Shown: positions 61,203-64,000 of the stretch, piece by piece | Numbering within the stretch: the stretch's first letter is position 1 | How the letters are laid out: each line of letters begins with the position of its first letter | DNA from: Actinomycetota bacterium | GTDB taxonomy: Bacteria; Actinomycetota; Acidimicrobiia; Acidimicrobiales; Poriferisodalaceae | DNA length: 64,000 bases | Direction: 5' to 3' | Assembly: GCA_014238065.1 (NCBI GenBank) | Contig: JABABU010000009.1 | Location: forward strand, 25,581-89,580 | Notes under the pieces: generated by a model | The model's database searches: none | The model's input: the letters and a program-made list of their open reading frames with translations, nothing else | What the model was told of the DNA's origin: nothing | Position numbers and translations under genes: made by a program

Positions 61203-63494
61203 TCATGGTGATAGCACGACCGTTGTCTGGACACCGGCCACCACACCAACCGATGGGTCGCAAACCCGTCCGGCCACGAACTCGGCGCAGACGAAATGGG
61301 TACTGGCGGGGAAAGGTGACCACAGGCCCCACTGGTTTCGGTCAACACCGTTGACCGAGATAGGCACATCGCTCGGCGGGTCGGTCATCACCCTGAGAAT
61401 TCCCAGCTGCTCGAAGCTGCCGGTAATGTCCGTAACGAGATCCTGGGTCACGAGCACTGTCTGGCATGCCGGGGTGGCAAATCCGGGAACATCGCTGAAA
61501 CAGACTTCGTGAGTACCTGGGGCCACCGGCAACCAGTCGAGTGACCATTCCTTCACCCGAACACCGTCGACGAAGATGGTCGCAGGTATTGACGGCGAAA
61601 CACTGACTCTCAGCAGCCCGACTGGGTTCGTGGGACCGGGTGCTCCCGGTGTCCGGACGAACAACCCTTCGACATTGTGAGTGACGCCCGACGCGAGCGC
61701 CACGCTCTGGCACGGCGGCGGGATGAAGCCGGCCACTGGCCCGAAACACACCTCGACAGGACCGGGTTCATGGGTGGCGATGAGGCCCCACTCCGCCGCT
61801 CCCACGCCATTCACCGAGACCAGTGACCTGATTCCTCCCGGGGGTGCGCCCGATTCACGGGTAGTGACATTGAGAGTGGCTGCCGGGGCGAGTAGTCCGA
61901 CGACTGACGTGGTCGCTCCCGGAGTCACCTCCGCGGTGACACACGGAGCACTAATCCTCGTCGGGACGTCAGAAAAACAGACTTCATAGGTGGTCCCAGC
62001 CGGGAGCGACAGCCAATCGAGTCCCCACTGGGAGCGCTCTATTCCGTCTACGAAGATCGTTGCCGGTGCTGCCGGTGAGGTCGTGACCCGCAGGCGTCCC
62101 AGAGGGCCGGTCGCCGGCAAGTAGCGGATCCTGTCGATCCGACCGGTAAACAGGTCGGTGAGATACAGGTGACCATCGGGCCCAAACTTCGAAGCGACAG
62201 AAAGGATCTCATCTGCGAGTGGCACCTCACCGATCGGCGTCGAACCGATTCGCAACGCCTTCATCCAGCCCTGAGAGAAATCGCCGATGATGAACGAATC
62301 GTGGAACTCTTCAGGCCATTCAGTACCTGTATAGAAGTCTCCGGCTATGACGGCAACGGCGCCACTGTCGCGCGGGTAGGAATATCGCGGGGGAACGGCC
62401 GAGTTCGAGGCGTAGTAGCTGACGCATTGCGGAAGGGACGAGAACCCCGGTGCCGCGGCCGACGATCCGGCGGCGCCACCCTCATAACAGGGCCAGCCGA
62501 AGTCGGCACCGGATGCAGCCTGATTGATCTCTTCCCACTCGGAGGAGCCGACATCGCCAACCCATACTTCACCAGTCGGACTTATGGCGAAACGGAACGG
62601 GTTCCGAAGCCCCGAGTAGTACACCTTCGATGCGTTCGAGTCGCGGTTTCCGTCCCAGTGAGGGTTGTCCTGCAGGCCTTCGCCTTTGTCTGGATCGACT
62701 CGCAGGATCTTCCCGGCGAGGCTGTTCACGTCCAGCGCCCTGAGCGACCGAGGCAGCTCACGCCCCGCGTCGCCGTTGCTGATGTAGAGCATTCCGTCGG
62801 GACCGAACTCGATGCCGCCTACGGCGTGAACACGGGCATCTGCGGGAAGACAGTCCTGCTCGAAGGGACCCGATCCGCACGCCCACAGCGGGCTGTCAGC
62901 TGACTCGTCAACCGTGGGATCGCCGGTGGTGGCCCAGGTGCTGTTGTTACCGACAATCGTCTCGAAACTGCCAGCATTAGCGGTTGTGAAACCGGTGCTC
63001 GCCCGCGCTCGGACGCGACTCACCCGGGAATTTCGCTGTCCGGAGCCATCCGGTCCTGAGTCTCCGCTGTTCCCCTCGGTCTCGGGAGGGTCGTAGGTGT
63101 AACTGGCATAGATGTAGGGCGATCCGTCGAGAAAGTCAGGATGAATCGCTATGCCGAGCAGTCCACGTTCATCGGAGCTGTTCACCTCGTCCCGAATGTC
63201 GAAGAAGGTCGACACCGCGCCGTTCTCGACGACCTTGATGACACCGTGCTTCTCGGCCACAAAAAGCAGGCCGTTCGGAGCCCAGGCAATGTCGACCGGC
63301 GTAACGTACGACGATGAGAACTGCTCGAACACAAATTCCTGAACCGGAGCAGGCTCAGCACCCACAGTGGTGGCAGCCACCGATACGACAAAGGCAGCCG
63401 CTACGGCATACCACCGACGGGGCCGACGGCTCCCCTCGCTGGTAGGCACCTTTTTCTCTCTCGTGCTCGCACCCATGCTGCCTTGATCCTTCAC
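61203..63494 (-). CDS. Secreted PQQ-dependent (soluble glucose/sorbosone dehydrogenase-type) beta-propeller enzyme with four C-terminal Cys-pair beta-sandwich repeats
   Basis: Signal/anchor YAVAAAFVVSVAATTVGA. SGDH-family motifs ERGLLGIAIHPDF, FGPDGMLYISNGD, GKILRVDP, GLRNPFRFA. C-terminal ~300 aa has 4 repeats of [LI]RV...P....I.V[DN]G......WGL......G.HEVCF..V.GF..P.C. Confidence 0.9.
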   Translation of the reverse strand: MKDQGSMGASTREKKVPTSEGSRRPRRWYAVAAAFVVSVAATTVGAEPAPVQEFVFEQFSSSYVTPVDIAWAPNGLLFVAEKHGVIKVVENGAVSTFFDIRDEVNSSDERGLLGIAIHPDFLDGSPYIYASYTYDPPETEGNSGDSGPDGSGQRNSRVSRVRARASTGFTTANAGSFETIVGNNSTWATTGDPTVDESADSPLWACGSGPFEQDCLPADARVHAVGGIEFGPDGMLYISNGDAGRELPRSLRALDVNSLAGKILRVDPDKGEGLQDNPHWDGNRDSNASKVYYSGLRNPFRFAISPTGEVWVGDVGSSEWEEINQAASGADFGWPCYEGGAAGSSAAAPGFSSLPQCVSYYASNSAVPPRYSYPRDSGAVAVIAGDFYTGTEWPEEFHDSFIIGDFSQGWMKALRIGSTPIGEVPLADEILSVASKFGPDGHLYLTDLFTGRIDRIRYLPATGPLGRLRVTTSPAAPATIFVDGIERSQWGLDWLSLPAGTTYEVCFSDVPTRISAPCVTAEVTPGATTSVVGLLAPAATLNVTTRESGAPPGGIRSLVSVNGVGAAEWGLIATHEPGPVEVCFGPVAGFIPPPCQSVALASGVTHNVEGLFVRTPGAPGPTNPVGLLRVSVSPSIPATIFVDGVRVKEWSLDWLPVAPGTHEVCFSDVPGFATPACQTVLVTQDLVTDITGSFEQLGILRVMTDPPSDVPISVNGVDRNQWGLWSPFPASTHFVCAEFVAGRVCDPSVGVVAGVQTTVVLSP

Positions 63495-63618
63495 AGCGCG
63501 AACTTAGTATTGTACGCACTGTTATTGCTAATTTCTCACTTTAGGCGTTTAGCGGCGGGAATCCGACATCCACGATGGGTTTGTCGGCATAGCCGAAAAG
63601 TGGCTGCGCTCGTGCCGG

Positions 63619-64000
63619 CTAGGCCGGCATTCGATAGATGTGCTTCGGATGAAACACACCGGACATGTGAGTCTCACGACGTCGGAAACACCAGCCAGTC
63701 TCCGTCTCGACACACCAACTCCGGTAGTAGCCCGTCTGGACCGCCACCGGCGTCGGGTGCTCTGGAAGTTGCTGCCAGAAGACGACCGCCGTCGTTATCG
63801 CCTGAATGTCGCCGTCCCGGGGCGGACCGAACGTCGTGTTCATCATGAGATGACGAGTCTCTACCCGCCATCTCTTCAACATCTCGGTTCTCGCACTCAT
63901 CGCTTCGGCCAGTCGGCCACGGCCAACGCTTCGATCTGATGCTTCGGTCGCTCCATTCAAGAAGAACGCAACCTCGGCTTCCTCAGCAAACAGCGACGCT
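63619..64000 (-). CDS. NTF2/SnoaL-like small protein; the 5' end probably lies beyond the window
   Basis: The frame stays open from 63960 to the window edge (ASLFAEEAEVAFF...). C-terminal GYYRSWCVETETGWCFRRRE resembles the NTF2-like G.Y.D....T..GWRI..R pattern. Confidence 0.45.
   Translation of the reverse strand, partial: ASLFAEEAEVAFFLNGATEASDRSVGRGRLAEAMSARTEMLKRWRVETRHLMMNTTFGPPRDGDIQAITTAVVFWQQLPEHPTPVAVQTGYYRSWCVETETGWCFRRRETHMSGVFHPKHIYRMPA

Noticed and set aside
1-64000. Mobile elements, prophage, defence systems, tRNA/rRNA genes
   Set aside because: No integrase, transposase, recombinase, toxin-antitoxin, restriction, Cas or phage-like ORFs were seen in the six-frame track. No intergenic gap is long enough or shows tRNA-like structure. 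Only one AT-rich gap (35267-35555) hints at acquisition.

Overview
High-GC, densely coding chromosomal segment that looks actinobacterial. By eye I found no rRNA, tRNA, CRISPR array, transposase or integrase. About 45 protein genes are supportable, and many are chained by 4-nt ATGA/GTGA stop/start overlaps.

Main blocks, in order:
1. 1-881: two surface-protein genes.
2. 977-4625: a form-II CoxS-L-M molybdoenzyme operon.
3. 4.6-22.6 kb: an apparently orphan NRPS cluster. It has a stand-alone A domain, a carrier protein, a divergent acyl-CoA-dehydrogenase-like gene, C-A-T-C-A-T-E and C-A-T-TE megasynthases encoded convergently with overlapping 3' ends, an EntD-type PPTase and an EntS-like MFS exporter.
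4. 22.7-32.1 kb: miscellaneous hydrolase and transporter genes.
5. 32.2-35.3 kb: a His-rich lipoprotein, a cupredoxin-like lipoprotein and a polytopic membrane protein.
6. 35.3-38.6 kb: a small glycan-type pair (beta-helix protein with a perfect PPTTV tandem repeat, plus a Wzy_C/O-antigen-ligase-like protein).
7. 38.9-46.8 kb: two amidohydrolases, a 2OG oxygenase, an MFS with a His-rich tail, and TetR plus a CYP153-like P450.
8. 47.0-57.3 kb: a minus-strand run P450 - PhyH - HisD-like - DegT-like - non-Pyl MttB - MocR - DMGDH-like. I could not match this to a described pathway, and it is my top candidate for something new.
9. 57.7-64.0 kb: an alpha/beta hydrolase, an acidic lipoprotein, an ECF sigma fused to its own ZAS anti-sigma/TM module, a PQQ-type sugar dehydrogenase with C-terminal repeats, and a truncated NTF2-like gene.

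Limits: all calls come from motif reading of the supplied ORF translations. Start codons, domain borders and A-domain specificity residues are by-eye estimates. No searches were run.
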